From Nitrospirota bacterium (lineage in GTDB: Bacteria > Nitrospirota > Thermodesulfovibrionia > Thermodesulfovibrionales > UBA1546), in assembly GCA_021824065.1 (NCBI GenBank), contig JAKALU010000003.1, positions 5,553 to 69,552 on the forward strand: a DNA stretch of 64,000 nucleotides. Direction: 5' to 3'. Position numbers and translations under genes: made by a program. Positions within the stretch are counted from its first letter, which is position 1, and every line of letters starts with the position of its first letter. Below, piece by piece: positions 7,191 to 16,493 of this stretch. The notes beneath the pieces are model-generated. The model was not told the origin of the DNA. It did no database searches and saw only the letters and a program-made list of their open reading frames with translations.

Positions 7191-8564
7191 ATGTTGCCGG
7201 GTTATACCATAAGCAAGATTATTGATGCCCTGCCTGACATAAAAATATCAACAGAGTCTGAGGACTTAGTTTGTTATGGGTTTGATGCATCAGGTCTTGA
7301 GGATCGCCCTTCAGCAGTTATCTGGCCAAAAAATACAGAAGAAATCGTTAAGGTAATGCAATATGTTTATCAGAATAAAATCCCTGTCACTCCGAGAGGC
7401 GCCGGCACAGGTATGACAGGAGGTTCAATTCCGTTGAATGGGGCTATTGTGTTGAGCCTTGAAAAAATGAACAGATTGATAGAACTTGACACTAATAATC
7501 TCAATGTTGTTGTGGAACCCGGAATAATAAACGGCAGACTGCAACGCGAGCTTGAATACCTTGGGTTCTTTTATCCGCCTGACCCGGCAAGCATGAACTT
7601 CTGCACCATCGGGGGGAATATTGCAGAAAATGCTGGCGGACCGAGGGCGTTGAAATATGGTGTCACTAAGGATTACGTGATGGAGATAGAGGCGGTGCTG
7701 CCTAATGGTAAGGTAATCACTACAGGAGTAAAAACCTCAAAAGGCGTAGTTGGTTATGATCTCACGAGGTTGCTTACAGGTTCGGAAGGAACACTTGCTG
7801 TAATAACTAAGGCAAGGTTAAAGATACTGCCGTTGCCTGAGGAGGTTATTACATTGCTTGCGATATTTGATGACCTTGAGGCATCCGGCACGGCTGTTTC
7901 AAAGATAATCGCATCCGGAATAATACCACGAACCCTTGAACTCATGGATGCCGAGACAATTGCGGCAGTTGAAAACTTCAAGCCTGTTGGCATTCCGAGA
8001 GAGGTTGAGGCACTCCTTCTCATTGAACTCGATGGCCATCCTTCAGCTATAACAAAACAGGCAGAAAAGATAGCAGAGATCTGCGGTTCGCTCAAAGCAG
8101 ATGTAAAAATGGCAGAGGATGCTGCTGCAAGGAATAAGCTCTGGGAGGCAAGGCGCTCAGTATCGTCTGCGCTCTACCACCTGACCCCTACAAAAATAAA
8201 CGAGGACATTGTTGTGCCGAGGGATAAGATTTCAGATATGTTAAGCGGACTGAGAAAGCTCTCAGAGAAAAGCGGCATTAAGATAGTAAATTTTGGGCAT
8301 GCAGGAGACGGCAACATCCATGTGAACATTATGGTTGATAAAAATGATGTGGAGAAATACCAAATGGCAAAGACTATGGTAAAAGATATATTCGAGATGA
8401 CCCTTAATCTTGGAGGCACCATCTCAGGAGAGCATGGCATAGGGATTACAAAGGCTCCGTATATTAACATGGAGATAAAAACAAATGAGTTCGACCTGAT
8501 GAAAAGGATAAAAAAGCTTTTTGATCCGAAGAATATCCTTAATCCAGGGAAGATTTTCAGATAA
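7191..8564 (+). CDS. glcD: FAD-linked oxidase, glycolate oxidase subunit GlcD-like
   Basis: 457 aa. PCMH-type FAD-binding N-terminal half (PRGAGTGMTGG). C-terminal GHAGDGNIH...GEHGIG. Confidence 0.8.
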   Translation: MLPGYTISKIIDALPDIKISTESEDLVCYGFDASGLEDRPSAVIWPKNTEEIVKVMQYVYQNKIPVTPRGAGTGMTGGSIPLNGAIVLSLEKMNRLIELDTNNLNVVVEPGIINGRLQRELEYLGFFYPPDPASMNFCTIGGNIAENAGGPRALKYGVTKDYVMEIEAVLPNGKVITTGVKTSKGVVGYDLTRLLTGSEGTLAVITKARLKILPLPEEVITLLAIFDDLEASGTAVSKIIASGIIPRTLELMDAETIAAVENFKPVGIPREVEALLLIELDGHPSAITKQAEKIAEICGSLKADVKMAEDAAARNKLWEARRSVSSALYHLTPTKINEDIVVPRDKISDMLSGLRKLSEKSGIKIVNFGHAGDGNIHVNIMVDKNDVEKYQMAKTMVKDIFEMTLNLGGTISGEHGIGITKAPYINMEIKTNEFDLMKRIKKLFDPKNILNPGKIFR

Positions 8565-8667
8565 GGTGCACAAAATAAATCCCTTGCATTTTTAATTCAA
8601 AATATGTTTAATAATCAGAGTTAATAAATATCTTAACTATATGTTATAATTCAGGAGAAAGAACCAC

Positions 8668-9096
8668 ATGAAAAAAGAACTCACAGAACAAGAAAAAAAA
8701 GACATGCCATTATATCCAATCGGCATAGTAGCCGAATTAATAGGCACAACAGACCAGACCTTAAGACTTTATGAAAAACACGGTTTGATAAAACCCGCCC
8801 GGAGAAACAAGAACAGGTTTTACTCTGAAAATGATATTAAGTGGCTGAGATGTTTGAGAGACCTCATCCATAACAGGAAAATAAGTATCGAAGGCATTAA
8901 AAAACTCCTCGAATATGCGCCTTGCTGGGAGATAACAGCGTGTTCAGAAGAGAGGAGAAACAAGTGTTCTGCTTTTATAGACAAGACAAAGCCCTGCTGG
9001 GAACTCAACAGGATGATATGCAACAGAGAGAACGGCAAAATCTGTGAAGACTGTGTTGTCTATATATCAAGGAAGCTCAAGACAAAGTCTGCCTAA
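8668..9096 (+). CDS. MerR-family HTH regulator fused to an 8-Cys CWE..C/CW..C module
   Basis: N-terminal YPIGIVAELIGTTDQTLRLYEKHGLIKPARR is a MerR HTH. The C-terminus is PCWEITACSEERRNKCSAF..KPCWELNRMICNRENGKICEDCVVY. Confidence 0.8.
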   Translation: MKKELTEQEKKDMPLYPIGIVAELIGTTDQTLRLYEKHGLIKPARRNKNRFYSENDIKWLRCLRDLIHNRKISIEGIKKLLEYAPCWEITACSEERRNKCSAFIDKTKPCWELNRMICNRENGKICEDCVVYISRKLKTKSA

Positions 9097-10487
9097 AATT
9101 CAGACATAACAGCTTTTAGTTTATCCTCAACCAATTTTTTTATAGCACCGAGAGAGTCTTTATCCTTAGCCTCAAACCTCATAACAAGTGCAGGCTGGGT
9201 ATTTGAGGCCCTTATAAGTCCCCATCCGTCTTTAAAGTTTATCCTTATGCCGTCTATATCAATGAGAGGATAGTCTTTAAAGACCTCCCTTGCCCTCTCA
9301 ACGATCTTGAATTTTATCTCATCAGGGCATTCGAATCTTATCTCAGGCGTTGAAACACCCTCAGGCACATCTCTGAGGAGTCTTTTTATTGAATATGGCT
9401 CACCATTTTTTGAGAGTATCTCAAGTAGCCTGAGACTCGCATAAATGGCATCATCGTATCCGAAATATCTATCTGAAAAGAAGATGTGCCCGCTCATCTC
9501 CCCTGCAAGCAAGGCACCTGTTTCTTTCATTTTGCTTTTTATCAGCGAGTGGCCTGTTTTCCACATAATAGGATTCCCGCCAAGCCTTTTTATCTCGTCA
9601 TACATTATTTGAGAACACTTGACCTCACCCACAAAAGTCACAGGCTCTTCTCCCCGGCCTTTCATCTCCGGTTTTTTAGTTTCAAGTATATCCTTTGCAA
9701 AGATTATCATCAGCCTGTCTCCCCAGACCACGTCGCCATCTTCATCAACAATACCTATTCTGTCAGCATCCCCGTCATAGCCTATCCCAAGATGTGCCTT
9801 CTCGGCCTCCACCTTCTTGATGAGGTCTTTCAGGTTTTCAAGCACTACAGGGTCAGGGTGATGATTAGGAAAATTCCCGTCCGGTTCACAATATAGCTCT
9901 ACCACATCACATCCAAGACTTTTAATCAGTTGCGGTGCAACAATACCGCCTGTGCCATTCCCAGCATCAATCACAACCTTTATATTATCGAGCCTCTTGA
10001 AAGCGCCTTTTATATAACCTATATAATCAGGGATTATCCCGTGCTTTTCCAGATGGCCGGCGCCCTTTATGTTGTCCCCTCGCTCTATAATCTTTCTTAT
10101 CTCCTGAATCTCATCCCCGTAAAGGGTCTCTTTGCCAACGCTCAATTTCAGGCCGTTAAACTCAGGGGGATTGTGGCTGCCTGTTATCATTACACCACCA
10201 TCAACAGACAGTGTAAACAGAGAAAAATACTGAAGTGGCGTAGGGCAGACTCCAATGTCAACAACATCAACGCCGCTTGATAAAAGTCCTCTTGAAAGAG
10301 ATTCAAGAACAAAAGGCGAACTCAATCTCACATCCATCCCGATGCTGACTTTCAGGGAATCTTTTTTTAATCTCTCTCTGAGGTAAAAGGCAAATGCCTT
10401 TCCAATGGCCTCGACCGCTTCACGTGTAAGGTCTTTACCCCATACGCCCCTTATGTCATATTGTCTGAATATCTTGGACTCTATCAT
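9093..10487 (-). CDS. Phosphomannomutase/phosphoglucomutase
   Basis: 464 aa. Active-site loop TGSHNPPEFNGLK, metal loop GYDGDADR, and GEMSGH. Confidence 0.9.
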   Translation of the reverse strand: MIESKIFRQYDIRGVWGKDLTREAVEAIGKAFAFYLRERLKKDSLKVSIGMDVRLSSPFVLESLSRGLLSSGVDVVDIGVCPTPLQYFSLFTLSVDGGVMITGSHNPPEFNGLKLSVGKETLYGDEIQEIRKIIERGDNIKGAGHLEKHGIIPDYIGYIKGAFKRLDNIKVVIDAGNGTGGIVAPQLIKSLGCDVVELYCEPDGNFPNHHPDPVVLENLKDLIKKVEAEKAHLGIGYDGDADRIGIVDEDGDVVWGDRLMIIFAKDILETKKPEMKGRGEEPVTFVGEVKCSQIMYDEIKRLGGNPIMWKTGHSLIKSKMKETGALLAGEMSGHIFFSDRYFGYDDAIYASLRLLEILSKNGEPYSIKRLLRDVPEGVSTPEIRFECPDEIKFKIVERAREVFKDYPLIDIDGIRINFKDGWGLIRASNTQPALVMRFEAKDKDSLGAIKKLVEDKLKAVMSEF

Positions 10488-10502
10488 TTCCCCACCTTTT
10501 AA

Positions 10503-10820
10503 CTACTTTTTCTCGAATTTTATCGTTTTGGGATCGAAAGCAGGATCTATAAGATATGCCTCCCTGAAATATTTTGCAGATTCCTCCATATTTTTAATCT
10601 TATAACATGCATATCCCAAAAGATAGTATGATCGGGCATCCGGTTTCTGAGAGACATATTCTTTAAGATATTTTACAGCAGTCGTGAAGTCTTTTTTTGC
10701 ATATGCCTCAATTGCTTTATCATAAGGACTCCCCTGTGCTAAGGCAAATGAAACCATAAAAATAACAGCAATAATACCGAGAACAAACCTTGCCCCCCAC
10801 TTATTACTTCTTGCTTTCAT
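10503..10820 (-). CDS. Small secreted TPR-like protein
   Basis: 105 aa with an N-terminal signal-like helix and one or two TPR-like repeats (YYLLGYACYKIKNMEESAKYFREAYLIDP). Confidence 0.5.
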   Translation of the reverse strand: MKARSNKWGARFVLGIIAVIFMVSFALAQGSPYDKAIEAYAKKDFTTAVKYLKEYVSQKPDARSYYLLGYACYKIKNMEESAKYFREAYLIDPAFDPKTIKFEKK

Positions 10821-10852
10821 AGTTCCCCTCCTTTACAGGCTAATACCATAGA

Positions 10853-13207
10853 CTAATCAAAGTCTAAATTTGATGTATCTCTTCTTTCCTGTGCGCCTGA
10901 GGCTGGTTGGACAGCGGAAAACTTCGTAGGCTGTGTGCCATCTTTAAAATATTCTTTTAATGCGCCTGTTGTTTCTTCCTTTACTAAAAGCCCTGTCGCC
11001 GGGTCTATTAGATAGCTCACTATGCCTTCCGGTACAGAGAAATTAAGAGACCCTCCGCTACTCAATGCAGACCTCATAAAATTAAGCCATATTGGTGATG
11101 CTGCTCTCGCACCTGTTTCCTGAGAACCAAGGGGTTTCATATCATCAAATCCAACCCATACACATGCGGTGAGGCCTGTTGTGTATCCAACAAACCATGC
11201 ATCTCTGTAATCATTCGTTGTACCGGTCTTGCCAGCAGCAGGTGCGCCCAATGCCTTTATCCTCCAGCCGGTTCCATAGTTTATAACATCCTGCATCATA
11301 GATGTTATAAGGAATGCTGTCTGCTGGCTTATCGCCTGCTCGCCCTCCGGCTCGTTGCTCTCAAGAATCCTCCCCTTTGAATCAGTGATATATTTAACTG
11401 CTACATGTTTCATCCTGATACCGCCATTAGCAAATACACTATACCCCATGACAAGATCGAGGGGCGTTACACTTATACTACCGAGAGCTATGCTCAAATT
11501 ATACGGCATATCCCCTTCAAGTCCAATGTTCCTTGAGAATTCAATAACCTTAGCAACTCCTATTGCATCCAGAAGCTTTACTGTAACAACATTCCTTGAA
11601 TATGCAAGCGCATCCCGCAGCCTTGTTGGGCCATAATGTTTGTGATCATAGTTTTCCGGGGTCCATTCACCCTTTGGTCCGCCTTTATATGTGGCAGGCT
11701 CATCGTTTATTATGCTTGCAGGCGTAAAACCATTATCCATTGCAGCCGCATATATTATTGGTTTAAATGCAGAACCGGGCTGGCGTTTTGCATAAATTGC
11801 CCGGTTGAACTCGCTCTTTGTGTAATCATACCCTCCAACAAGTGCCCTTATAAATCCTGTGCTCTGCTCAATTGCAACAACAGCTCCTTCCACCTCTGGT
11901 TCCTGCTCGAGATAGAGGTTAACGTCTCTGCCCTTCACACTTTTAACCCGCACCTTAACTACATCGCCAGGCCTAAGGATCCTTGTAAGATTGAACCCCT
12001 TGATTGCACCGGTCTTCTTTGTTTTCGAATCTATGGCAATGCTTGCCCACTGGGCATCATCTATTGACAGCCTTCCAACAATTCCCCTTGTTTTAATAAA
12101 AGCATTCTTTTCACTCACTTTGAGCACAAGACCTGATGCTATTTCATCTCCGCCTGTTATAGCAGAATTATATACATCCTTGCTCTCCATCTCTTTCTTA
12201 ACATCTATATCTTTATGTTCTATGGGGCCTTTCCATCCCCTCCTCTTGTCGAGTTCTCTCAGCCCTTCTTGCAATGCCTTCTGTGCAGCAATCTGCATCT
12301 GTCTGTCGAGTGTTGTATAAACCTTCAGCCCGCCTTTATAGACAGTATCTTCGCCATATTTTTCTTCCACGTATTTTCTTACATACTCAATAAAATAGTT
12401 GTTTGCCTCCAGCCCCCTTCTCAGGCTCGACAGATATAGAGGCTGTTTTGCAGCTTTTTCCCTCTCTGATTTTTTTATGTATCCTTCTTCTTCCATCCTC
12501 AAAAGAACTGTTTCCTGCCTTTCCTTTGCCCTTGTGAGATTATTATAAGGGGAATAGGTTGAAGGAGCCTTTATAAGGGCAGCTATCATTGCTGCCTCTG
12601 GCAGTGTAATGTCTCTTACAGACTTCCCGAAATATACGCGCGATGCCATCTCAACACCATATGCGCCGTGCCCAAAATATATCTTGTTAAGATAAAGTTC
12701 TAATATTTCTTTTTTGGCAAGATTTTTTTCCATTTTTATTGCCAACGACGCCTCTCTGATTTTCCTTTTCAGGGTCTTCTCAGGTGTAAGAAACACAACC
12801 TTTGCAAGTTGCTGGGTTATTGTGCTTGCACCTTCTTTAAGCTCAACATGCACAATATCCTTCAGGAGCGCCCTGCCAATTGCAATATAATCTATTCCTT
12901 TGTGTTTCCAGAACCTCGAATCTTCGATTGCAATCACTGCATCTACAAGGTACTGTGGCATTTTATTCAAAGGCACAAAGATGCCTTTTTCTACCTTAAG
13001 TTCACCAATAAGCGTATCATCGTCTGCATATATCTTTGTGCCTGATGTTGGCTTATATTCCTTGAGTTCAGCTATAGAAGGGATTCCCTTTGCAATAGCA
13101 AGATAACCGCCAACTGACACGCCGGTTATTATTGAAAGGATTATAAGAAAAATAACAACTTTCGATCTCACTTTAAAATTATAACCTTGATGTGAAAGGC
13201 ATGTCAA
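10853..13207 (-). CDS. mrcA: Penicillin-binding protein 1A (bifunctional transglycosylase/transpeptidase)
   Basis: 784 aa. GT51 motifs EDSRFWKHKGID and ASTITQQL. Transpeptidase motifs SAFKP (SxxK), SRN and KTGTT. Confidence 0.93.
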   Translation of the reverse strand: MTCLSHQGYNFKVRSKVVIFLIILSIITGVSVGGYLAIAKGIPSIAELKEYKPTSGTKIYADDDTLIGELKVEKGIFVPLNKMPQYLVDAVIAIEDSRFWKHKGIDYIAIGRALLKDIVHVELKEGASTITQQLAKVVFLTPEKTLKRKIREASLAIKMEKNLAKKEILELYLNKIYFGHGAYGVEMASRVYFGKSVRDITLPEAAMIAALIKAPSTYSPYNNLTRAKERQETVLLRMEEEGYIKKSEREKAAKQPLYLSSLRRGLEANNYFIEYVRKYVEEKYGEDTVYKGGLKVYTTLDRQMQIAAQKALQEGLRELDKRRGWKGPIEHKDIDVKKEMESKDVYNSAITGGDEIASGLVLKVSEKNAFIKTRGIVGRLSIDDAQWASIAIDSKTKKTGAIKGFNLTRILRPGDVVKVRVKSVKGRDVNLYLEQEPEVEGAVVAIEQSTGFIRALVGGYDYTKSEFNRAIYAKRQPGSAFKPIIYAAAMDNGFTPASIINDEPATYKGGPKGEWTPENYDHKHYGPTRLRDALAYSRNVVTVKLLDAIGVAKVIEFSRNIGLEGDMPYNLSIALGSISVTPLDLVMGYSVFANGGIRMKHVAVKYITDSKGRILESNEPEGEQAISQQTAFLITSMMQDVINYGTGWRIKALGAPAAGKTGTTNDYRDAWFVGYTTGLTACVWVGFDDMKPLGSQETGARAASPIWLNFMRSALSSGGSLNFSVPEGIVSYLIDPATGLLVKEETTGALKEYFKDGTQPTKFSAVQPASGAQERRDTSNLDFD

Positions 13208-13220
13208 AGAGAGGGACTTA

Positions 13221-13353
13221 GAGTCTGTCTAAAAACTAATAAAAACACATAATCTGTCATGCTGAATTTATTTCAGCGTCTAATAAAATCAAGGTGTTAT
13301 GAGACCCTGAAACAAGTTCAGGGTGACATTTAGGGAGTTTTTAGACAGGCTCC
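13221..13353. repeat. MITE-like element: 17-bp TIR (GAGTCTGTCTAAAAACT / AGTTTTTAGACAGGCTC) enclosing a two-hairpin core GTCATGCTGAA...TTCAGGGTGAC (13256-13327)
   Basis: The TIRs match 16/17 by eye. The inner hairpins are GCTGAA-tttat-TTCAGC and ACCCTGAA-acaag-TTCAGGGT. The element lies between the divergent mrcA and polX genes. Confidence 0.6.
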
Positions 13354-13382
13354 TTAAGCTTTATTTTTGCTATACTTTACTT

Positions 13383-15107
13383 ATGAAGAATCAGGAGATA
13401 GCAGGCATCTTCAATGAGATTGCTGACCTCCTCGAGATTAAAGGGGAAAACCCCTTTCGCATCAGGGCATACCGCAGGGCTGCTCAGAACATTGAAGGTC
13501 TTGCAAAGGATGTTGCGGGGCTTTCAAAGGAGGAACTCCTCGAAATCCCCGGGATAGGCCATGACCTTGCTGATAAGATTCAGGAATATATAACAACAGG
13601 GAAGATTAAAAGTCACGAGGATCTTAAAAAAGAAGTTCCTGAAGGACTTGCAGCGCTTCTAACTGTTCCGAGTCTTGGACCTAAAACAGCAAAACTGCTT
13701 TATGAAAGGCTGAAGATTAAGGATATAGATGAACTTGAGCATCTTGCCAGAGAGCATAAACTGACCGGCCTTCCGGGGATAAAGGATAAGACAGAAGAAA
13801 ATATTTTGAGAGGCATTGAGATGATTAAAAGAGGCAAAGAAAGGCAGCCTCTCTCCAGGGTCTTGCCGATAGCCTCTGATATCGTTACCCACCTGAAAAA
13901 AAATACCCATGTGGAAAAGATAAATATTGCAGGGAGTCTGAGAAGGAGTAAGGATACTGTAAAGGATATCGATATCCTTGCAGCATCAACAAATCCACAT
14001 GATGTTATGAAGGCATTTGTCCATCTTCCGCATGTTAAAGAGGTATTAATGCAAGGCCCCACAAAGTCGAGCATTATTACTCATGAAGGTATTCAGGTTG
14101 ACCTGAGGGTTGTCGAGGATGAATCTTTTGGCGCTGCTCTCGCTTATTTTACAGGAAGCAAAGAGCATAACATTCGATTAAGAGAGATGGCTGTTAAAAA
14201 GGGGCTTAAGATAAATGAATACGGCATATTCAGGGAAAAGGACAACAAAAAACTTGGCGGGCAAGATGAGAATGATGTCTATAAAATACTCGGCCTGCCT
14301 TATATCCCGCCTGAATTAAGGGAAGATACAGGAGAGGTCGAGTCTGCTCTGAAAGGCTCTCTACCAAAATTAATCGAGTTAAAGGATATAAAAGGAGACC
14401 TGCATGTCCACAGCAAACAGAGCGATGGAAGCCATACCTTCGAAGAACTTATTAAAGCAGCAAGGGACAGGGGATATGAGTATATTGCGATTACAGACCA
14501 TTCAAAAGGGCTTGGTGTTGCAAGGGGTTTAAGTGAAGAAAGGGTTATGGGAGAAAAGAAAGAAATAGAAGCCATAAATAAAAAACTCAAGGGCTTTAAG
14601 CTCATTATGGGAATTGAGGTTGATATAAGGAGCGATGGCAGGATGGATTTCTCCGATGAAGTCCTTGAAAAAATGGATATTGTTGTTGCATCAATACATT
14701 CAGGTTTCAGGCAGAGCAAGGAGCAGATCACAAAACGGATTGTCTCTGCAATGAAGAATCCTTATGTCTCTATAATCGCGCATCCAACAGGAAGACTCAT
14801 TGGTGAAAGAGACCCCTATGAGATAGATATGGATTATATCCTTAAAATTGCAAAGGAAACAGAGACCGCCATGGAGATAAATGCATATCCTTTGAGGCTT
14901 GACCTGAATGATATTTATGCAAAAAAGGCAAAGGAACTCGGCATTAAGTTTGTCATAAGTACGGACACCCATGTAATAAGTCAGTTTGATTATATGTCTT
15001 ATGGTGTCTCTATAGCGAAAAGGGGATGGCTTGAGAAAGAGGATGTGCTGAATACTATGAGATATGATAATCTTATAAAAGTTTTGCAGAGGAAGAGGGG
15101 GAAATGA
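13383..15107 (+). CDS. polX: DNA polymerase/3'-5' exonuclease PolX (Pol beta-like domain + PHP domain)
   Basis: Start moved to the ATG at 13383 (MKNQEIAGIFNEIADLLEIKGENPFRIRAYRRAA), because the GTG at 13323 lies inside the repeat. HhH motifs are present. GSLRR..DTVKDIDIL is the nucleotidyltransferase motif. The C-terminal PHP domain has HVHS...ITDH. Confidence 0.9.
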   Translation: MKNQEIAGIFNEIADLLEIKGENPFRIRAYRRAAQNIEGLAKDVAGLSKEELLEIPGIGHDLADKIQEYITTGKIKSHEDLKKEVPEGLAALLTVPSLGPKTAKLLYERLKIKDIDELEHLAREHKLTGLPGIKDKTEENILRGIEMIKRGKERQPLSRVLPIASDIVTHLKKNTHVEKINIAGSLRRSKDTVKDIDILAASTNPHDVMKAFVHLPHVKEVLMQGPTKSSIITHEGIQVDLRVVEDESFGAALAYFTGSKEHNIRLREMAVKKGLKINEYGIFREKDNKKLGGQDENDVYKILGLPYIPPELREDTGEVESALKGSLPKLIELKDIKGDLHVHSKQSDGSHTFEELIKAARDRGYEYIAITDHSKGLGVARGLSEERVMGEKKEIEAINKKLKGFKLIMGIEVDIRSDGRMDFSDEVLEKMDIVVASIHSGFRQSKEQITKRIVSAMKNPYVSIIAHPTGRLIGERDPYEIDMDYILKIAKETETAMEINAYPLRLDLNDIYAKKAKELGIKFVISTDTHVISQFDYMSYGVSIAKRGWLEKEDVLNTMRYDNLIKVLQRKRGK

Positions 15108-15170
15108 ATATTATGGCCTGCTGTAAAAGCATATTAAGGATAATCCCCAAAATATGATATTATTAACGAT

Positions 15171-16493
15171 ATGAAAAAACTGGTATTTTTACTGGCTGTT
15201 ATTCTTATAATTCCCGTATCTGTCAATGCCGAAGTCAAGGAGTATAAGCTTGAAAATGGCTTGAAAGTCCTTATCATCGAAGACCATAAGGCGCCTATTG
15301 CCACTTTCCAGATATGGTATCGCGTAGGTTCAAGGAACGAACCAGTCGGCAAGAGCGGGTTGAGCCATCTTCTGGAGCATATGATGTTTAAAGGGACTCC
15401 TAAATCAGGTGCAAAGGCATTCTCAAAGATAGTCCAGAAAAACGGCGGGGTGGACAATGCATTCACAACAAGGGATTACACAATGTATTACCAGACACTC
15501 GCTTCAGACAGGATGGGCATATCAATAGAGCTTGAGGCAGACAGGATGCAAAATCTTACTTTAGACCCAAAAGAGGTTCTATCAGAAAGAAGTGTTGTTA
15601 TGGAAGAGCGGAGGATGAGGTACGAGGATGACCCGCAGAATTCCTTATACGAAGAAGTGCTGGCTGCTGCATTCGAGTCACATCCGTATCACTGGCCTGT
15701 TATAGGCTGGATGTCTGATATCGCTTCAATAGAAAGGAGTGACCTCTACAATCATTATAAGGCATACTATTCTCCTGACAACGCAGTCATTATTGTCTCA
15801 GGCGATATTAAGGCAGACGATATTATTAAAAAAATAAAGGCGTTGTTTGGAAGCATACCGGCTGTGCCTGACAGAAAACCAGTCACATCAAAGGAGAATG
15901 AGCAAAGAGGTGAACGGAGGGTAAGCCTTAAAAGAGAGGCGGAACTGCCTTATATTATTGCTTCCTATCATGCGCCGAGTTTTCCTGATGAGGACAGCTA
16001 TGCACTTGAAGTGCTGGGCACAATCCTTTCAGGAGGCAAAAGCGCAAGGCTTTATAAATCAATAGTCTATGAAAAAAAACTGGCACTTTATGCCTATGCT
16101 GATTACAGCGGACTTCACAAAGACCCTTATCTGTTTTCATTTGCAGCAACAGCAGCGCCAGGCAAAGACATCAAGGATGTAGAAAATTCGTTTTACGATG
16201 AGACAGAAAAGATAAAGAGCACGCCCCCTTCAGAACGTGAAGTCCAGAAGGCAAAAAATCAAATAGAGGCGTCTTTCATCATGGGACAAGATTCTATATA
16301 TTTTCAGGCAGAACTGGCAGGCATGTTCGAGATGATCGGGGGCTGGAAACTTAAAGAGCAATACCTTGAAGGCATAAGAAAGGTTAAACCAGAAGATGTG
16401 AGCCGGGTTGCAAAAAAATACCTCAATGAAGACAACAGGACAGTCGGGATACTAATTCCTACAAAAAAGCAGGGAGTGAGAAGTGAAAAGTAA
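15171..16493 (+). CDS. M16 family zinc peptidase (pitrilysin-like), catalytic subunit
   Basis: Signal peptide plus the inverted zinc motif HLLEH (HxxEH). Confidence 0.88.
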   Translation: MKKLVFLLAVILIIPVSVNAEVKEYKLENGLKVLIIEDHKAPIATFQIWYRVGSRNEPVGKSGLSHLLEHMMFKGTPKSGAKAFSKIVQKNGGVDNAFTTRDYTMYYQTLASDRMGISIELEADRMQNLTLDPKEVLSERSVVMEERRMRYEDDPQNSLYEEVLAAAFESHPYHWPVIGWMSDIASIERSDLYNHYKAYYSPDNAVIIVSGDIKADDIIKKIKALFGSIPAVPDRKPVTSKENEQRGERRVSLKREAELPYIIASYHAPSFPDEDSYALEVLGTILSGGKSARLYKSIVYEKKLALYAYADYSGLHKDPYLFSFAATAAPGKDIKDVENSFYDETEKIKSTPPSEREVQKAKNQIEASFIMGQDSIYFQAELAGMFEMIGGWKLKEQYLEGIRKVKPEDVSRVAKKYLNEDNRTVGILIPTKKQGVRSEK

